This document shows, piece by piece, positions 1-10,781 of a stretch of DNA of 64,000 nucleotides (position 1 is the stretch's first letter; each line of letters starts with the position of its first letter). Where the stretch lies: positions 2,944,001 to 3,008,000 of the forward strand of contig OY970218.1 in assembly GCA_963713975.1 (NCBI GenBank). Reading direction: 5' to 3'. This DNA comes from an uncultured Chloroflexia bacterium. GTDB taxonomy: Bacteria > Chloroflexota > Limnocylindria > Limnocylindrales > CSP1-4. The notes beneath the pieces were generated by a model. The model was given only the letters and a program-made list of their open reading frames with translations. It searched no databases and was not told where the DNA came from. The translations under genes were made by a program, and so were the position numbers.

Positions 1-375
1 TTCGCGTCGTTCTTCCTGCTCGCCGCAGGGGCGGCGGTCGTGCTTGCGGTCCAGTTCCTGCTCGCCCGTGGGCCGCAGGCAAGGGCACGGCTCTGGCGCC
101 GCCTCGGGCGCACCGGGATCGTGGTCGCGGTGGTGACCGTCATCGGCGGTGTGCTCGCGATGCTGTTCTTCGACGCCGCGTTCGAGCTCTTCCACGAGCT
201 GTTCTTCCCGGCGGGCAGCTACCTGTTCGATCCGAGCACGGAACGGCTGGTCCAGCTCTTCCCGCAGCAGTTCTGGGTGGAGAGCACGGTCGGCGTTGGG
301 ATCGTGATCATCGTCCTGTCGGTGGTTCTCACCTGGATCGCCCGGCGGCGTGCCGCAACGCTGGAGGCCCGATGA
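1..375 (+). CDS. DUF1461/TIGR01906 (Lit-like) integral membrane protein, 5'-truncated by window edge
   Basis: Frame open from base 1; motif FELFHELFFPAGSYLFDP...LVQLFPQQFW typical of DUF1461; hydrophobic helices; stop overlaps the next ATG. Confidence 0.65.
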   Translation, partial: FASFFLLAAGAAVVLAVQFLLARGPQARARLWRRLGRTGIVVAVVTVIGGVLAMLFFDAAFELFHELFFPAGSYLFDPSTERLVQLFPQQFWVESTVGVGIVIIVLSVVLTWIARRRAATLEAR

Positions 376-1523
376 CCGCCAGCCTGTCAATCGTGCGGCT
401 GTTCGGGATCGAAATCCGTGTCTCGTTCGCCTGGGTCGCGGTCCTGGCCGTTGTCGCGCTCATCGGCGTGCAGCAGGCGTCACTGACCGCTCCCGGGATG
501 GCGGCCCCGCTGCACTGGCTCGTCGGGGCGCTCGTCGCACTGGGCTTCCTCGCCTCGGTCATCGCGCACGAGCTGGGTCATGCCCTCGTCGGCCGTGGGC
601 GCGGCGTGGTCACGACGAGCATCCAGCTCGGCTTCGTCGGCGGGCTGGCACCGCTCTCGATCGAGGCGTCGCGGGCCCGTGACGAGCTCGCGATCGCCAT
701 CGCGGGTCCCGCGGTCTCGCTCCTGGTCGCGGTACTGGCCACCGGGCTTGGCGCGATCGCGGGAACGGCGGGCGGCGTCCTGGCGGCAGCCGGCGGCGGG
801 CTGCTGGTCATCGGGGGCCTGAACGTCGTCCTCGCCGGGTTGAGCCTGCTGCCCGGCATGCCCCTGGATGGCGGACGGATCGTCCGAGCGCTCGCGTGGG
901 CCCGTACCCACGACAAGTACCGGGCGGGAAGGGTCACCGCGCTGGTGGGCCGTATCCTGGGCTGGACGACCGTAGGGGTGGGCCTGGCGCTCACATTCAT
1001 GGACCAGGTGACGGCCGGCCTGCTGGTCCTGTGCTTCGGATGGCTGCTCGCCACCGGCGCACGGACCCTCGATCGCCGCCTGGGCCTCGAGCGGCTTCTC
1101 GCGGGCAGCACGGTTGGCGAGGCCATGCGGAGCGACGTGTCGCGCGTCACGCCGAACCTCACGATCGACACGTTCGCGGATCGCTACGCCGGTGACGACG
1201 CGGTCTCCAGCCTTCCCGTGGTTGCGGACGAGGTCGTCCTGGGGGTGATCGGAGCGAAGCGGCTCCAGCGGCTGGGACGCCGCCGGTTCGCCGCGACGCG
1301 GGCGGAGGACGTCATGGCGACACCCCCGGTTGCACCGTTCCTCGCTCCCGCCGACGACCTGTGGGCTGCGGTGGACCTCATGAACCAGCGAGCTCTGGAC
1401 GGGCTGGCGGTGGCGGTCGATGGGCGCCTGGAGGGCATGGTGACGCGCGAATTGATCGGCGATGTCATCCGAGGCCGGCTGGCGGTTTCGGGGGCCGAGC
1501 CCGAGCGACGGGGACGCCGGTGA
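372..1523 (+). CDS. Site-2 (M50) zinc metalloprotease with CBS domains
   Basis: HELGH zinc motif, LLPGMPLDGGR (NxxPxxxLDG-like), TM helices, C-terminal CBS pair. Confidence 0.9.
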   Translation: MTASLSIVRLFGIEIRVSFAWVAVLAVVALIGVQQASLTAPGMAAPLHWLVGALVALGFLASVIAHELGHALVGRGRGVVTTSIQLGFVGGLAPLSIEASRARDELAIAIAGPAVSLLVAVLATGLGAIAGTAGGVLAAAGGGLLVIGGLNVVLAGLSLLPGMPLDGGRIVRALAWARTHDKYRAGRVTALVGRILGWTTVGVGLALTFMDQVTAGLLVLCFGWLLATGARTLDRRLGLERLLAGSTVGEAMRSDVSRVTPNLTIDTFADRYAGDDAVSSLPVVADEVVLGVIGAKRLQRLGRRRFAATRAEDVMATPPVAPFLAPADDLWAAVDLMNQRALDGLAVAVDGRLEGMVTRELIGDVIRGRLAVSGAEPERRGRR

Positions 1524-2842
1524 GCGCTGACCTGCTGAGCGTCGAAGCGGCGCTGGCAACCGTCCTGGCCGGTGTGGAGCCCCTCGCCGATCTCGAGGAG
1601 ATGGAGCCGGAGGCGGCCCTGGGCCGGGTGCTCGCACGTGCCGTCGGAGCGACGACTTCGCTGCCGCCCTGGGACAACTCGGCGATGGACGGCTACGCGA
1701 TCCGGGCCGCCGACGTGGTCCGGGCGACGGAATCGGAGCCCTCGCGGCTGGTCGTGGTGGGTGAGGTTCGGGCGGGCGCCCAGCCCGATGTCCGGGTGCT
1801 CGGCGGGACCGCCGTGAGGATCGCGACCGGGGCGGTGCTGCCGCCCGGCGCCGATGCCGTCGTCCCCGTCGAGCTCACCACGCCGCTCGATGCCAGCGGC
1901 AATCCGGGACCTCGGGGCCGCGAGGCCGCGGGTCCCCTCCCGGCTGCGTGCCGCGTGCACGTCGCCGTCGAGGCCGGGAACGCGATCCGTCGCGCCGCCT
2001 CCGATGTGACGGCCGGGACGATCGTGGCCGAGATCGGGACGCTCGTCACGCCAGCTGTCGTGGCGCTGGTCGCCGGTGCGGGGTGCGGGACCGTGACGGT
2101 TCGCCGGCGACCGGTGGTGGCGGTCCTGGCGACGGGGGATGAGATCCGCGCTCCGGGCACGACCCTCGGTCCGGCCGGGATCCCGGATGCCAACGGCCCG
2201 GGCCTGCGTGCGCTGGTACGCGACGCCGGGGCGACCGCGAGAGACCTCGGCATCGCGTCGGATCGACTCGACGACGTGGACGGCCGCCTGCGGGCGGGTC
2301 TCGCCGACGCGGACCTGGTGGTGGTGTCGGGTGGCGTCTCGGTGGGTCCCTATGACGTCGTGCGGCTGGCCTTCGAGGCCGTGGGGCACATGAACCTGTG
2401 GCGCGTTGCGATCCAGCCCGGCAAGCCCTTCGCGTTCGGGCGAGCCGACGTTCCCGGCCGCGACGCCCCGGTGCTGCTGTTCGGCCTGCCCGGCAACCCG
2501 GTGTCGTCGTTCGTGACCTTCGAGCTGTTCGTGCGACCCGTGATCCGGCGGCTCGCCGGCCACGCGATCCTCGGTCGGGCCATGGATCGCGCCGTCCTGG
2601 AGGAGCCCGTGACCAAGAGCGTGGGACGGCGCGGCTTCCAGCGGGTGACCGCCATGCGTGCCTCGGACGGGTCGCCGCTGCGCGACCAGGCCGGGCGCGT
2701 CCGCGTCCGACTCGCGGGAGGACAGGGGAGCCACGTGCTCTCGGCGCTTGCCGCGGCCGATGCGCTCGCCATCGTCCCGGAGCCGCTCGAACGGGCCGAG
2801 ACCGGGACCGAGGTCGAGCTGCGCTGGCTGGACCGCGACTGA
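1520..2842 (+). CDS. moeA: Molybdopterin molybdotransferase MoeA
   Basis: PPWDNSAMDGYA, IATGAVLPPGADAVVPVE, SGGVSVGPYD, QPGKP, GLPGNPVSS; GTG start at 1520 overlaps the upstream stop (GTGA). Confidence 0.95.
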   Translation: MSADLLSVEAALATVLAGVEPLADLEEMEPEAALGRVLARAVGATTSLPPWDNSAMDGYAIRAADVVRATESEPSRLVVVGEVRAGAQPDVRVLGGTAVRIATGAVLPPGADAVVPVELTTPLDASGNPGPRGREAAGPLPAACRVHVAVEAGNAIRRAASDVTAGTIVAEIGTLVTPAVVALVAGAGCGTVTVRRRPVVAVLATGDEIRAPGTTLGPAGIPDANGPGLRALVRDAGATARDLGIASDRLDDVDGRLRAGLADADLVVVSGGVSVGPYDVVRLAFEAVGHMNLWRVAIQPGKPFAFGRADVPGRDAPVLLFGLPGNPVSSFVTFELFVRPVIRRLAGHAILGRAMDRAVLEEPVTKSVGRRGFQRVTAMRASDGSPLRDQAGRVRVRLAGGQGSHVLSALAAADALAIVPEPLERAETGTEVELRWLDRD

Positions 2843-2910
2843 TCATCCGGAGGATCGGCCCGGCGGCCGGCGGCCCGGACCGCTAGGATCGGAGTCCACC
2901 AGGAGGACCC

Positions 2911-3501
2911 ATGGACCGCAGCGACGCACCGCGCGCCGAACGCCGCCGCCTTACTCACGTCGATCGTCGCGGCCGCCCGCGCATGGTGGACGTGAGCGCC
3001 AAGCCGCCCACCCCCCGACGTGCCGTGGCCGAGGCCGAGGTCGCCGTGTCCGCCGAGACCATGAGCCTGGTGATCGACGGCGGCAACGCCAAGGGCGATG
3101 TCCTGATGGTGGCCGAGCTGGCAGGCGTCATGGGAGGCAAGCGGGCGTCAGACCTCATCCCGCTGTGCCATCCGATCGCGCTCACGGACCTCGTGGTGAG
3201 CATCACGCCCGACCGGGCTGCCGGCGTGCTGCGGGTTCGCGCGGAGGCCGCCACGACCGGGCCCACGGGCGTCGAGATGGAGGCGATGACCGCCGCGTCG
3301 GTTGCCGCGCTCACCGTGTACGACATGGTGAAGGGCCTGGAACGAGGCGTGGAGATCAGGGGCCTGCGACTGGTGTCCAAGACGGGCGGCAAGAGCGGTG
3401 AGTGGCACCGGCCGGCCGCGGGCGAGGAGGCAGCGAAGCCGCGCCGCAAGCCGGGTGAGCGCATGGCGGGCCGCGTCGGAAAGCGGAAGCCGGCGGGATG
3501 A
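2911..3501 (+). CDS. moaC: Cyclic pyranopterin monophosphate synthase MoaC
   Basis: LTHVD..G.PRMVDVSAK, LIPLCHP, TGVEMEA, YDMVK, KTGGKSG; AGGAGG RBS. Confidence 0.96.
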   Translation: MDRSDAPRAERRRLTHVDRRGRPRMVDVSAKPPTPRRAVAEAEVAVSAETMSLVIDGGNAKGDVLMVAELAGVMGGKRASDLIPLCHPIALTDLVVSITPDRAAGVLRVRAEAATTGPTGVEMEAMTAASVAALTVYDMVKGLERGVEIRGLRLVSKTGGKSGEWHRPAAGEEAAKPRRKPGERMAGRVGKRKPAG

Positions 3502-4076
3502 GCGCCCCTGGGGCACCGCCGCCGGGCCGGCCGGCGTTGCCACTGACCCGTTCGGTGCTGGTCCTCACGGTCAGCGACCGCACCTTCGAGGGCACGCGCG
3601 CAGATGTCTCCGGTGAACGCCTCGGAGACCGGCTGCGCACCCTGGGCTTCGCGGTCGAGCGGCGCGTCGTGCCCGATGACGTCCCGCTCATCGCGGCAGC
3701 GCTCGTCGACGGAGCAGCCCGTCACGGCCTGGTCGTGACCACCGGCGGCACGGGCCTGACGCCGCGGGACGTGACCCCGCAGGCCACCGCCTCGGTCCTT
3801 GCCTACGAGGTCCCGGGGATGGCCGAGGCCATGCGCGCCGACGGCCGCCGGTCCACGCCGTTCGCCGTGCTGTCGCGCGGCCTGGTGGGCGTTCGAGGCG
3901 GCTCCCTGATTGTCAACGTGCCCGGTTCGCCGGGCGGCGCCATCGACTCGTTCGAAGTGCTCGTTCCGGTCCTCGACCACGCGCTGGCGACGCTGGCGGG
4001 CCCGTTCGATCACGATGCCACATCGTATGGCCGGGCAGCGTCGCCTCCGGGCGCTCCGAACGATCCGGACGCCTGA
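3498..4076 (+). CDS. MogA/MoaB molybdopterin adenylyltransferase
   Basis: LTVSDR, TTGGTGLTPRDVTPQAT, LSRG, NVPGSP. Confidence 0.92.
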   Translation: MSAPGAPPPGRPALPLTRSVLVLTVSDRTFEGTRADVSGERLGDRLRTLGFAVERRVVPDDVPLIAAALVDGAARHGLVVTTGGTGLTPRDVTPQATASVLAYEVPGMAEAMRADGRRSTPFAVLSRGLVGVRGGSLIVNVPGSPGGAIDSFEVLVPVLDHALATLAGPFDHDATSYGRAASPPGAPNDPDA

Positions 4077-4079
4077 GCC

Positions 4080-6200
4080 ATGTTCCCGGCCTTCGCGAAC
4101 GTCCCGTTCTACCCGCTGGTCTTCCCGGTCTTCTGGGGCGCGGTCGTGTTCTTCGCCCTCGCGATGGCCCGCCACCTGCGCGTGTTCGCGGCCGCCCGCA
4201 ACGCGTCTCCCAGCGATCGGGTCGGGACGAGGCTATGGGGGGCCGTCCGCTATGGCCTGTTCCAGACGCGGATGTTCCGCGACCGCTCCGCCGGGCTGAT
4301 GCACTTCGGCATCTTCTGGGGCTTCGTCCTGCTCACGATCGGGACCGCGAACGCCGTGACCGGCGGCCTGGTCCAGGCGATCCTGGAGATCCCGTTGGAC
4401 GGGCTGCTGTGGACCCTGGTCATGGCCCTGCAGAACGCCATGGCGCTGGTCGTGCTGGCCGCGACCGCCTACGCCATCTACCGGCGCGTGGTCCTGCGGC
4501 CAGCGCGCCTCACGCTCAGCCGCCATTCGCTCGACGTCCTGTTCCTGATCGGGGCGGTCGTCGCGAGCGAGCTGCTGGCGCAGGTGTTCGAGGTCGCCGC
4601 CTACGGCACGATCCCGGGGGCGTTCGTCGCGAACGCGCTGGGCGGGGCGATGGCGGGGCTCGGTCAGGAGGTCGCGGGCACCCTGTTCGCCATCCTGTGG
4701 TGGGCGCACATCGTCCTGGTCGCGGCCTTCCTGTGCTACCTGCCGTACGGAAAGCACCTCCACATAGCGACGGCACTCCCCAACATCCTCCTCCGCAAGC
4801 TCCGGCCGCGAGGCGAGCTGCCCGCGATGGACCTCGAGGCGGAGGATGCGACATTCGGGATCCGCACGGTCGCCGACCTGTCCTGGAAGGACCTGCTCGA
4901 CGGCTTCACCTGCACGGAGTGTGGCCGGTGCCAGCAGGCGTGCCCGGCGTATGCGACCGGCAAGCCGCTCAATCCCAAGACCTTCATCATGGGCATCCGT
5001 CACGAGTCCGTGGAGGCCGAGGCGGGCCTCCCGCTGATCCCGAACTCGCCGTCGGTGCGCACGACCTTCGGTCTCGATGACACGCTCAAGCCGGCCGCCG
5101 TCGCCCGGCCGCTGGTGGATGCCGCCATCCCCTACGACGCCGTGTGGGACTGCCTGACCTGCGGCGCCTGCGTGGAGGCGTGCCCGGTGACGATCGAGCA
5201 CGTCGACAAGATCGTCGGCCTGCGGAGGAACCTCGTCCTGGAGGACAGTCGGTTCCCGCAGGAGATCGCCGGGGCGTTCCGGGGCATGGAGAGCGTCGGC
5301 AACCCGTGGGGCCAGCCGCCGTCCGCCCGCCTGGAGTGGGCGAAGGGACTCCCGTTCCAGGTCCGGACGGTCGCCGAGGTGAAGGCGGCCGGTGCGCTCG
5401 AGGATCTGGAGGTCCTGTACTGGGTCGGCTGTGCGGCGGCCTTTGACGACCGCAACCGGCGCGTCGCTCGTGCCGTGGCCACCTGCCTGGATGCGGCCGG
5501 CGTCTCCTTCGCCGTCCTCGGGCAGGAGGAGAGCTGCACCGGCGACCCGGCCCGGCGGATGGGCAACGACTACGTGTTCCAGATCCTCGCGGGCCAGAAC
5601 ATCGAGACCCTGAACCGGTACGGGATGGGCGAGCGGACGATCGTCACGGCCTGCCCGCACTGCTTCAACACCATCGGCAACGAGTACGGCCAGCTGGGCG
5701 GGGCGTTCACGATCCGCCATCACAGCGAGTTCCTCTCGGACCTCGTGGGCTCCGGGCGGCTGGTGCTGGGAACGGACGGGCTACCCCGCTCGGTGACCTA
5801 CCACGACTCCTGCTACCTGGCCCGCTACAACGGCGTGATTGCCGCGCCGCGAGACGTCCTCGGCGCCATCCCCGGAGTGGAGCTGGTGGAGATGGACGCG
5901 AGCGGCCGCCAGACCTTCTGCTGCGGTGCGGGCGGCGGCCGGATGTGGATGGAGGAGACCCGCGGGACTCGCGTCAACGCAGCCCGGACGCTCCAGGTGC
6001 TGGAGACGGGAGCCGCCACGGTCGCCACGGCCTGCCCGTTCTGCATGGTGATGCTCCGCGACGGGCTGACGGACGCGGGCCGCGGGGCCGACGCCGGGGA
6101 GCCGGTCACGGCCCAGGACATCAGCGAGATGCTGGCCGCGGCGATCGCGCCGCTCGGCGAGCGGCACGTGCCCGAGGGTCGCTCACTGCCGGTCGTCTGA
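4080..6200 (+). CDS. Membrane-bound Fe-S oxidoreductase (FadF/HdrD-like: TM domain, two 4Fe-4S, two CCG domains)
   Basis: [49 protein letters not shown]; next to ACAD and etfBA. Confidence 0.9.
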   Translation: MFPAFANVPFYPLVFPVFWGAVVFFALAMARHLRVFAAARNASPSDRVGTRLWGAVRYGLFQTRMFRDRSAGLMHFGIFWGFVLLTIGTANAVTGGLVQAILEIPLDGLLWTLVMALQNAMALVVLAATAYAIYRRVVLRPARLTLSRHSLDVLFLIGAVVASELLAQVFEVAAYGTIPGAFVANALGGAMAGLGQEVAGTLFAILWWAHIVLVAAFLCYLPYGKHLHIATALPNILLRKLRPRGELPAMDLEAEDATFGIRTVADLSWKDLLDGFTCTECGRCQQACPAYATGKPLNPKTFIMGIRHESVEAEAGLPLIPNSPSVRTTFGLDDTLKPAAVARPLVDAAIPYDAVWDCLTCGACVEACPVTIEHVDKIVGLRRNLVLEDSRFPQEIAGAFRGMESVGNPWGQPPSARLEWAKGLPFQVRTVAEVKAAGALEDLEVLYWVGCAAAFDDRNRRVARAVATCLDAAGVSFAVLGQEESCTGDPARRMGNDYVFQILAGQNIETLNRYGMGERTIVTACPHCFNTIGNEYGQLGGAFTIRHHSEFLSDLVGSGRLVLGTDGLPRSVTYHDSCYLARYNGVIAAPRDVLGAIPGVELVEMDASGRQTFCCGAGGGRMWMEETRGTRVNAARTLQVLETGAATVATACPFCMVMLRDGLTDAGRGADAGEPVTAQDISEMLAAAIAPLGERHVPEGRSLPVV

Positions 6201-6246
6201 GGTGAAGGGCGCGATCCAGGGCGCTCCAGGGCGCCACGCAGGGCTG

Positions 6247-6468
6247 CTACCCCTTGAGCGCGGTTCCGCAGCTGCTGCAGGTCCGCTCCGTCCAGAGGTT
6301 GCCCATCGCGCAGTGCGGGCAGACCTTCTGGCCTTCCGTGGCCACGGAGATGGGGGAGTCCCTGGCTGCCACGTCCGCATCGGATTCGGGGCGGGCGGTG
6401 ATGCGCCAGATAGCGAGAAGGGCGACGATGGCGGCGATCAAGATGCCCAACAGGAAGATCAGGTCCAT
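6247..6468 (-). CDS. Small membrane-anchored zinc-ribbon protein (73 aa)
   Basis: GGAGG RBS before ATG 6468; N-terminal TM helix; CPHC-x10-CSSC. Confidence 0.7.
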   Translation of the reverse strand: MDLIFLLGILIAAIVALLAIWRITARPESDADVAARDSPISVATEGQKVCPHCAMGNLWTERTCSSCGTALKG

Positions 6469-6626
6469 GGCGGCCCTCCGGCCGGATCGGCGCGGCATCG
6501 CAGCGACGACGGTTTCGCGCCGACTGCCCCGGAATCGTAGACCGATCGCGGGCAGATGTCATCCCTGACGATCGGGCCCCGACACGTTCGTGTCTGCTGC
6601 TGGGTGGCGCTGCTAGGATGCCCCTC

Positions 6627-7802
6627 GTGAGCGCCCAGCAGCCCTCCCATGGGAACCAGCGTCTGACCGAGGAGCAGCGGCTGCTGCGTGACGCCGTCCG
6701 GGTCCTTACCGACGAGCAGATCGCGCCACGTGCGGCGGAGATCGACCGCAGCGCCGAGTGGCCCGACGACGTCCGGCAGCTGCTGGCACGACAGGACATC
6801 TTCGCGATCCCGTTCGAGGAGCGCCACGGCGGGCTCGGGGCAGACCTGTTGACGCTCTGCCTGGCCATCGAGCAGCTCAGCCGGGCCTGCGCGACGACCG
6901 GTCTGATGCTCGCCGTCCAGGCCCTTGGCGCCATTCCCATCCAGGTGGCCGGCACGCCCGAGCAGCAGGACCGCTGGCTGCCGGGGCTGGCCTCCGGCGA
7001 GCGCCTCATCGCGTTCGCCCTGACCGAGGCCGACGCTGGCTCGGATCCGTCGGGCATCCGCACCCGGGCCGTCCTCGACGGCGACGAGTACGTGATCGAC
7101 GGTGGCAAGCGGTTCATCAGCCACGCCAGCGTCGCCGATTACGTCGTCGTCTTCGCCGTGACCGATGCGGACGCCGCCAAGCCAAGCCGGCGCCTGTCGG
7201 CGATCCTGGTCGAGACGGACCGTCCGGGCTTCCGGGTGACCCGGGTCGAGCACAAGATGGGCATCCGCGGATCACCCACCGCCGAGCTCGCCTTCGACGG
7301 CGTCCGTGTTCCAGTTGGCAACCGCCTCGGAGCCGCCGGCCAGGGCTTCGCCATCGCCATGCAGACGTTCGAGCGCTCCCGTCCCGGGATCGCCGCCCAG
7401 GCGGTCGGGATCGCACAGGGCGCCCTCGAGGTGGCGGCCGGCTATGCGCGAGAGCGTCACCAATTCGGGAAGCCGATCGCCGAGCTGCAGATGGTCCAGG
7501 CGATGCTCGCCGACATGGACGCGGCGACGGAAGCGGCCCGACAGCTGCTGTACACGGCCTGCGAGGAGATCGAATCGGGGAACGGCGACGCCGCCCGGTG
7601 GGCCTCCCTCTGTAAACTCGTGGCCGGCGATACCGCCATGCGGGTCACCACCGACGCGGTGCAGGTCCTGGGCGGCTATGGCTATATCGATGAGTACCCG
7701 GTCGAGCGGATGATGCGCGACGCGAAGATCACCCAGCTCTACGAGGGGACGCAGCAGATCCAGCGGCTCATCGTCGCCCGCTCGCTCCTCACCGGGGGCT
7801 GA
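6627..7802 (+). CDS. Acyl-CoA dehydrogenase
   Basis: AFALTEADAGSD, KMGIRGS, RHQFGKPI, QVLGGYGY, RDAKITQLYEGT; probable leaderless GTG 7 nt after TG-C-TAGGAT. Confidence 0.95.
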   Translation: MSAQQPSHGNQRLTEEQRLLRDAVRVLTDEQIAPRAAEIDRSAEWPDDVRQLLARQDIFAIPFEERHGGLGADLLTLCLAIEQLSRACATTGLMLAVQALGAIPIQVAGTPEQQDRWLPGLASGERLIAFALTEADAGSDPSGIRTRAVLDGDEYVIDGGKRFISHASVADYVVVFAVTDADAAKPSRRLSAILVETDRPGFRVTRVEHKMGIRGSPTAELAFDGVRVPVGNRLGAAGQGFAIAMQTFERSRPGIAAQAVGIAQGALEVAAGYARERHQFGKPIAELQMVQAMLADMDAATEAARQLLYTACEEIESGNGDAARWASLCKLVAGDTAMRVTTDAVQVLGGYGYIDEYPVERMMRDAKITQLYEGTQQIQRLIVARSLLTGG

Positions 7803-7835
7803 TCGGGCGACGCGACACCAGGGAGCGATGCCCAC

Positions 7836-8621
7836 GTGCGAATCGTCGTCCTCACCAAGCCCGTCCCGGATCCGGCAGCCGGCGCAGAGCGCCTGGGGCC
7901 GGACATGCGCCTCGACCGGGCCGCGTCGCCGACCGTCGTCAACGGCAACGACGAGTACGCGCTCGAGGCCGCCCTCCAGCTCGTCGAGGCGCACGGCGGA
8001 GAGGTCGTGATCGTGACCATGGCCCCCGCCAGCGGCGTCGAGACGATGCGCAAGGCGCTCGCGATGGGGGCGACTCGCGGGGTGCTGGTCACGGACGACG
8101 CGCTTGCCGGGGCCGACCTTCCGACCACGATCCGGGTGCTGGCCGCTGCGGTCGCCGGGGAGCCGTTCGACCTCCTTCTCGCCGGCCTCGATACCTCCGA
8201 TGGCGTCGGGGGCGCGGTCGCGGCCGGCGTCGCGGCGCGCCTCGGCCTGCCGCTGCTCTCGGCCGCCGGCGCGATCGAGCCGGACCCGGCTGCCGGTCGC
8301 GTCCGGGTGCGCCGCCTGACCGCCAAGGGCTACGACCTGGTGGAGGCACCGATGCCGGCCGTCGTCTCGTGCACGCAGGCGCTCGGTGCCCCCCGCTATC
8401 CGTCCCTCAAGGGGATCATGGCAGCACGCTCGCGGGAGATCGCCCAGCGGTCGCTGGGCGATCTCGGAGACGACCTGGCGCCGTCTGACGGGGTGTGGGC
8501 CACCAGGGTTGTCGAGGTAGAGGCTCCGCCGGCGCGCGCCGCGGGGCGTGTGGTGAGCGGTGCGGCTGGTGACGCGGCCCGCGAGATCGCCGACTTCCTC
8601 GCGGACCGGAGGCTCATCTGA
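7836..8621 (+). CDS. etfB: Electron transfer flavoprotein beta subunit
   Basis: KPVPD, DEYALEAAL, RKALAMGA, PRYPSLKGIMAA. Confidence 0.93.
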   Translation: MRIVVLTKPVPDPAAGAERLGPDMRLDRAASPTVVNGNDEYALEAALQLVEAHGGEVVIVTMAPASGVETMRKALAMGATRGVLVTDDALAGADLPTTIRVLAAAVAGEPFDLLLAGLDTSDGVGGAVAAGVAARLGLPLLSAAGAIEPDPAAGRVRVRRLTAKGYDLVEAPMPAVVSCTQALGAPRYPSLKGIMAARSREIAQRSLGDLGDDLAPSDGVWATRVVEVEAPPARAAGRVVSGAAGDAAREIADFLADRRLI

Positions 8622-9595
8622 TGCCCGTAACCTTTCTCGCCGTGACGGAGGCGTCGGACGGCTCCCTGACCAAGCTCTCCACCGAGGTCGCCACCCTTGC
8701 CCGGATGCTCGCCGAGGCGGCCGGCGGGGATGCCGTCGGACTGGTCCTGGACACAGACCCAGCCGCACCCGCGGCGGAGCTTGCGGCTTACCTGCCGCGG
8801 GTCGTCGCTGTCACGAGCACGGCCGTCGCCGGAGAGGTCCCGGCACCGCACGTCGCGGCGGAGGTCGTCCGCCTGCTCGACGAAGGCGTCACGCACGTCA
8901 TCCTCGGTGGGACCACGGATGGCCGCGATGTCGCGGGAACGGTGATCGGCCTGACAGGGCTTGGCCTGCTGGCCAACGCGGACGGGGCGACGTGGACGAG
9001 CGATGGACCCGTCTCCCGCTCCAGCGTCCTCGGCGGCAAGGTGATCACCGGGAGCGCCCTGACGGCGGGCTCCGGGCTGCTGACCCTCCGTCCGGGTGGC
9101 GTGACCGCGGCGACGGCCGACGCCATGGGCACCATCGAGATCCGCGACCCCTCCCCGCCGGCGACGCCTGCGGCGGCCGTGCTGGACAGGGTCGAGGAGG
9201 CGGGTGCCGCCGCCTCGCTTGAGGACGCCAAGGTGGTCGTGGTCGGTGGCCGGGGCGTCGGCAGCACGGAGGGCTTCGCGGTCGTCGAGGAGCTCGCGGA
9301 GGTGCTGGGCGGTGTCGTCGGCGCCACGCGGGCGTCCGTCGATGCGGGATGGGTGCCGTACGCCCGCCAGATCGGCCAGACGGGCCGGATCGTGAAGCCG
9401 GCGCTGTATCTCGGCCTGGGCGTGTCGGGAGCGATGCAGCACCGCGTCGGCATGCAGGGATCCGAGGCCATCGTGGCCATCAACCGCGATCCGGATGCGC
9501 CGATGGCCGAGGTCGCGGACCTGTTCGTGATCGCGGACCTGTTCGAGGTCGGGACTGCCCTGGTTGCCGAGCTGCGCACGCGGCGCGGCGGCTGA
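8621..9595 (+). CDS. etfA: Electron transfer flavoprotein alpha subunit
   Basis: VVGGRG, GATRASVDAGW, QIGQTG, GVSGAMQH, AINRDPDAP. Confidence 0.95.
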   Translation: MPVTFLAVTEASDGSLTKLSTEVATLARMLAEAAGGDAVGLVLDTDPAAPAAELAAYLPRVVAVTSTAVAGEVPAPHVAAEVVRLLDEGVTHVILGGTTDGRDVAGTVIGLTGLGLLANADGATWTSDGPVSRSSVLGGKVITGSALTAGSGLLTLRPGGVTAATADAMGTIEIRDPSPPATPAAAVLDRVEEAGAAASLEDAKVVVVGGRGVGSTEGFAVVEELAEVLGGVVGATRASVDAGWVPYARQIGQTGRIVKPALYLGLGVSGAMQHRVGMQGSEAIVAINRDPDAPMAEVADLFVIADLFEVGTALVAELRTRRGG

Positions 9596-9622
9596 CGCCG
9601 TACGGACCGGAGGACGAGGCGC

Positions 9623-10243
9623 GTGCAGCCCGAGGTGATCGTGTGGCTGGGGGTGCTGGGCGCCCTCGCCGCGCTGTTCGTGCTGACGGTCCGGCGCATG
9701 TCGGCGCTGTCCTCGCGGACTCGTGAGCTCGAGCGCTTCCAGCAGGCGGTGGACGCCATCGATCTTCGCTTTGCGGCCGTCATCGATCCGGTGGCACGCG
9801 GCCTGGACGAGGCGCGTCGGGGCACTCCCGACATGTCGGCGCTCGTGGCGAGCGTGGCCTCGCTGCACGTGACGCTAGATGGCCTCCTGGTCGAGTCGCG
9901 GGCATTGGCCGTGCCCGTCGGCCTCGAGCCGCTGGCACTGGCCATGGCCGTCGAGCTCGAGCGTGCCGACCGGGCCGCGGATCTCGTGGAGCATGGGCTG
10001 GGGGTCCTCAGCGCAGGTCGCCGCGGCCGTGAGCTCGAGGCGCAGACGTCGCTCAAGCGGGGCGCACTCAACCTCCGCCACGCTCGGGATGCCTACGCCC
10101 GCCTCGCGCTCGACACGCGGGCCCTGCGGCCCGTGGACCTCGCCGGCCGGAAGCCCGGTGAGGCGGCCGTAACGACATCGCTGGCCGGCTACACAGTGTC
10201 CGATCCTGACAACGTCGAAGGGTCCTTCGACCCCCGCATGTAG
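9623..10243 (+). CDS. Hypothetical protein, N-terminal membrane anchor, helical body
   Basis: GGAGG/GAGG upstream of GTG; single TM; fills gap between etfA and nrdR; no family recognised. Confidence 0.65.
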   Translation: MQPEVIVWLGVLGALAALFVLTVRRMSALSSRTRELERFQQAVDAIDLRFAAVIDPVARGLDEARRGTPDMSALVASVASLHVTLDGLLVESRALAVPVGLEPLALAMAVELERADRAADLVEHGLGVLSAGRRGRELEAQTSLKRGALNLRHARDAYARLALDTRALRPVDLAGRKPGEAAVTTSLAGYTVSDPDNVEGSFDPRM

Positions 10244-10277
10244 TGGTATTCTCCCGCCACACCACAAGGGCTAGTGG
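10231..10277 (+). promoter_or_regulatory. Tandem NrdR boxes upstream of nrdR-dcd
   Basis: CCCCCGCATGTAGTGG (10231-10246) and CCACAAGGGCTAGTGG (10262-10277) resemble acaCwAtATaTwGtgt; starts 31 bp apart, the usual tandem spacing. Confidence 0.7.
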
Positions 10278-10298
10278 TCTGAGGAGCTCGGAGGGTCG

Positions 10299-10781
10299 AT
10301 GCGCTGTCCGCAGTGCGGCACCCGCGACACGCGGGTCGTAGACTCGCGCGACCTCGACGAGGCGGCCATGGTCAGGCGCCGCCGCGAGTGCCCGTCCTGC
10401 GTCGCCCGGTTCACCACCTATGAGCGCGTCGAGGCGGCCCGGCTCGTCGTCGTCAAGCGTGACGGCACCCGCCAGGAGTTCGACCGGGACAAGCTGGCGT
10501 CCGGTCTGGCCAAGGCCCTGACCCGCCGGCCGGTCGCCGACGATGCCGCTGAGCGGGCCGCCGACCAGATCGAGAGCGAGCTGCGATCCTCGGGACTGTC
10601 CGAGATCCCGTCGTCGCGGGTCGGCGCCAAGGCCATGGATAAGCTGCGGGCCCTGGACCACATCGCCTACATCCGGTTCGCATCCGTCTACCAGAGCTTC
10701 GAGGATCTGGCCGACCTCAAGCGCGAGGTGGACCAGCTGTTTGCCGAAGGCACACCGAAGAAGGGGAAGCGCGCGCGATGA
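10299..10781 (+). CDS. nrdR: Transcriptional repressor NrdR
   Basis: [31 protein letters not shown]-cone [15 protein letters not shown]. Confidence 0.97.
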   Translation: MRCPQCGTRDTRVVDSRDLDEAAMVRRRRECPSCVARFTTYERVEAARLVVVKRDGTRQEFDRDKLASGLAKALTRRPVADDAAERAADQIESELRSSGLSEIPSSRVGAKAMDKLRALDHIAYIRFASVYQSFEDLADLKREVDQLFAEGTPKKGKRAR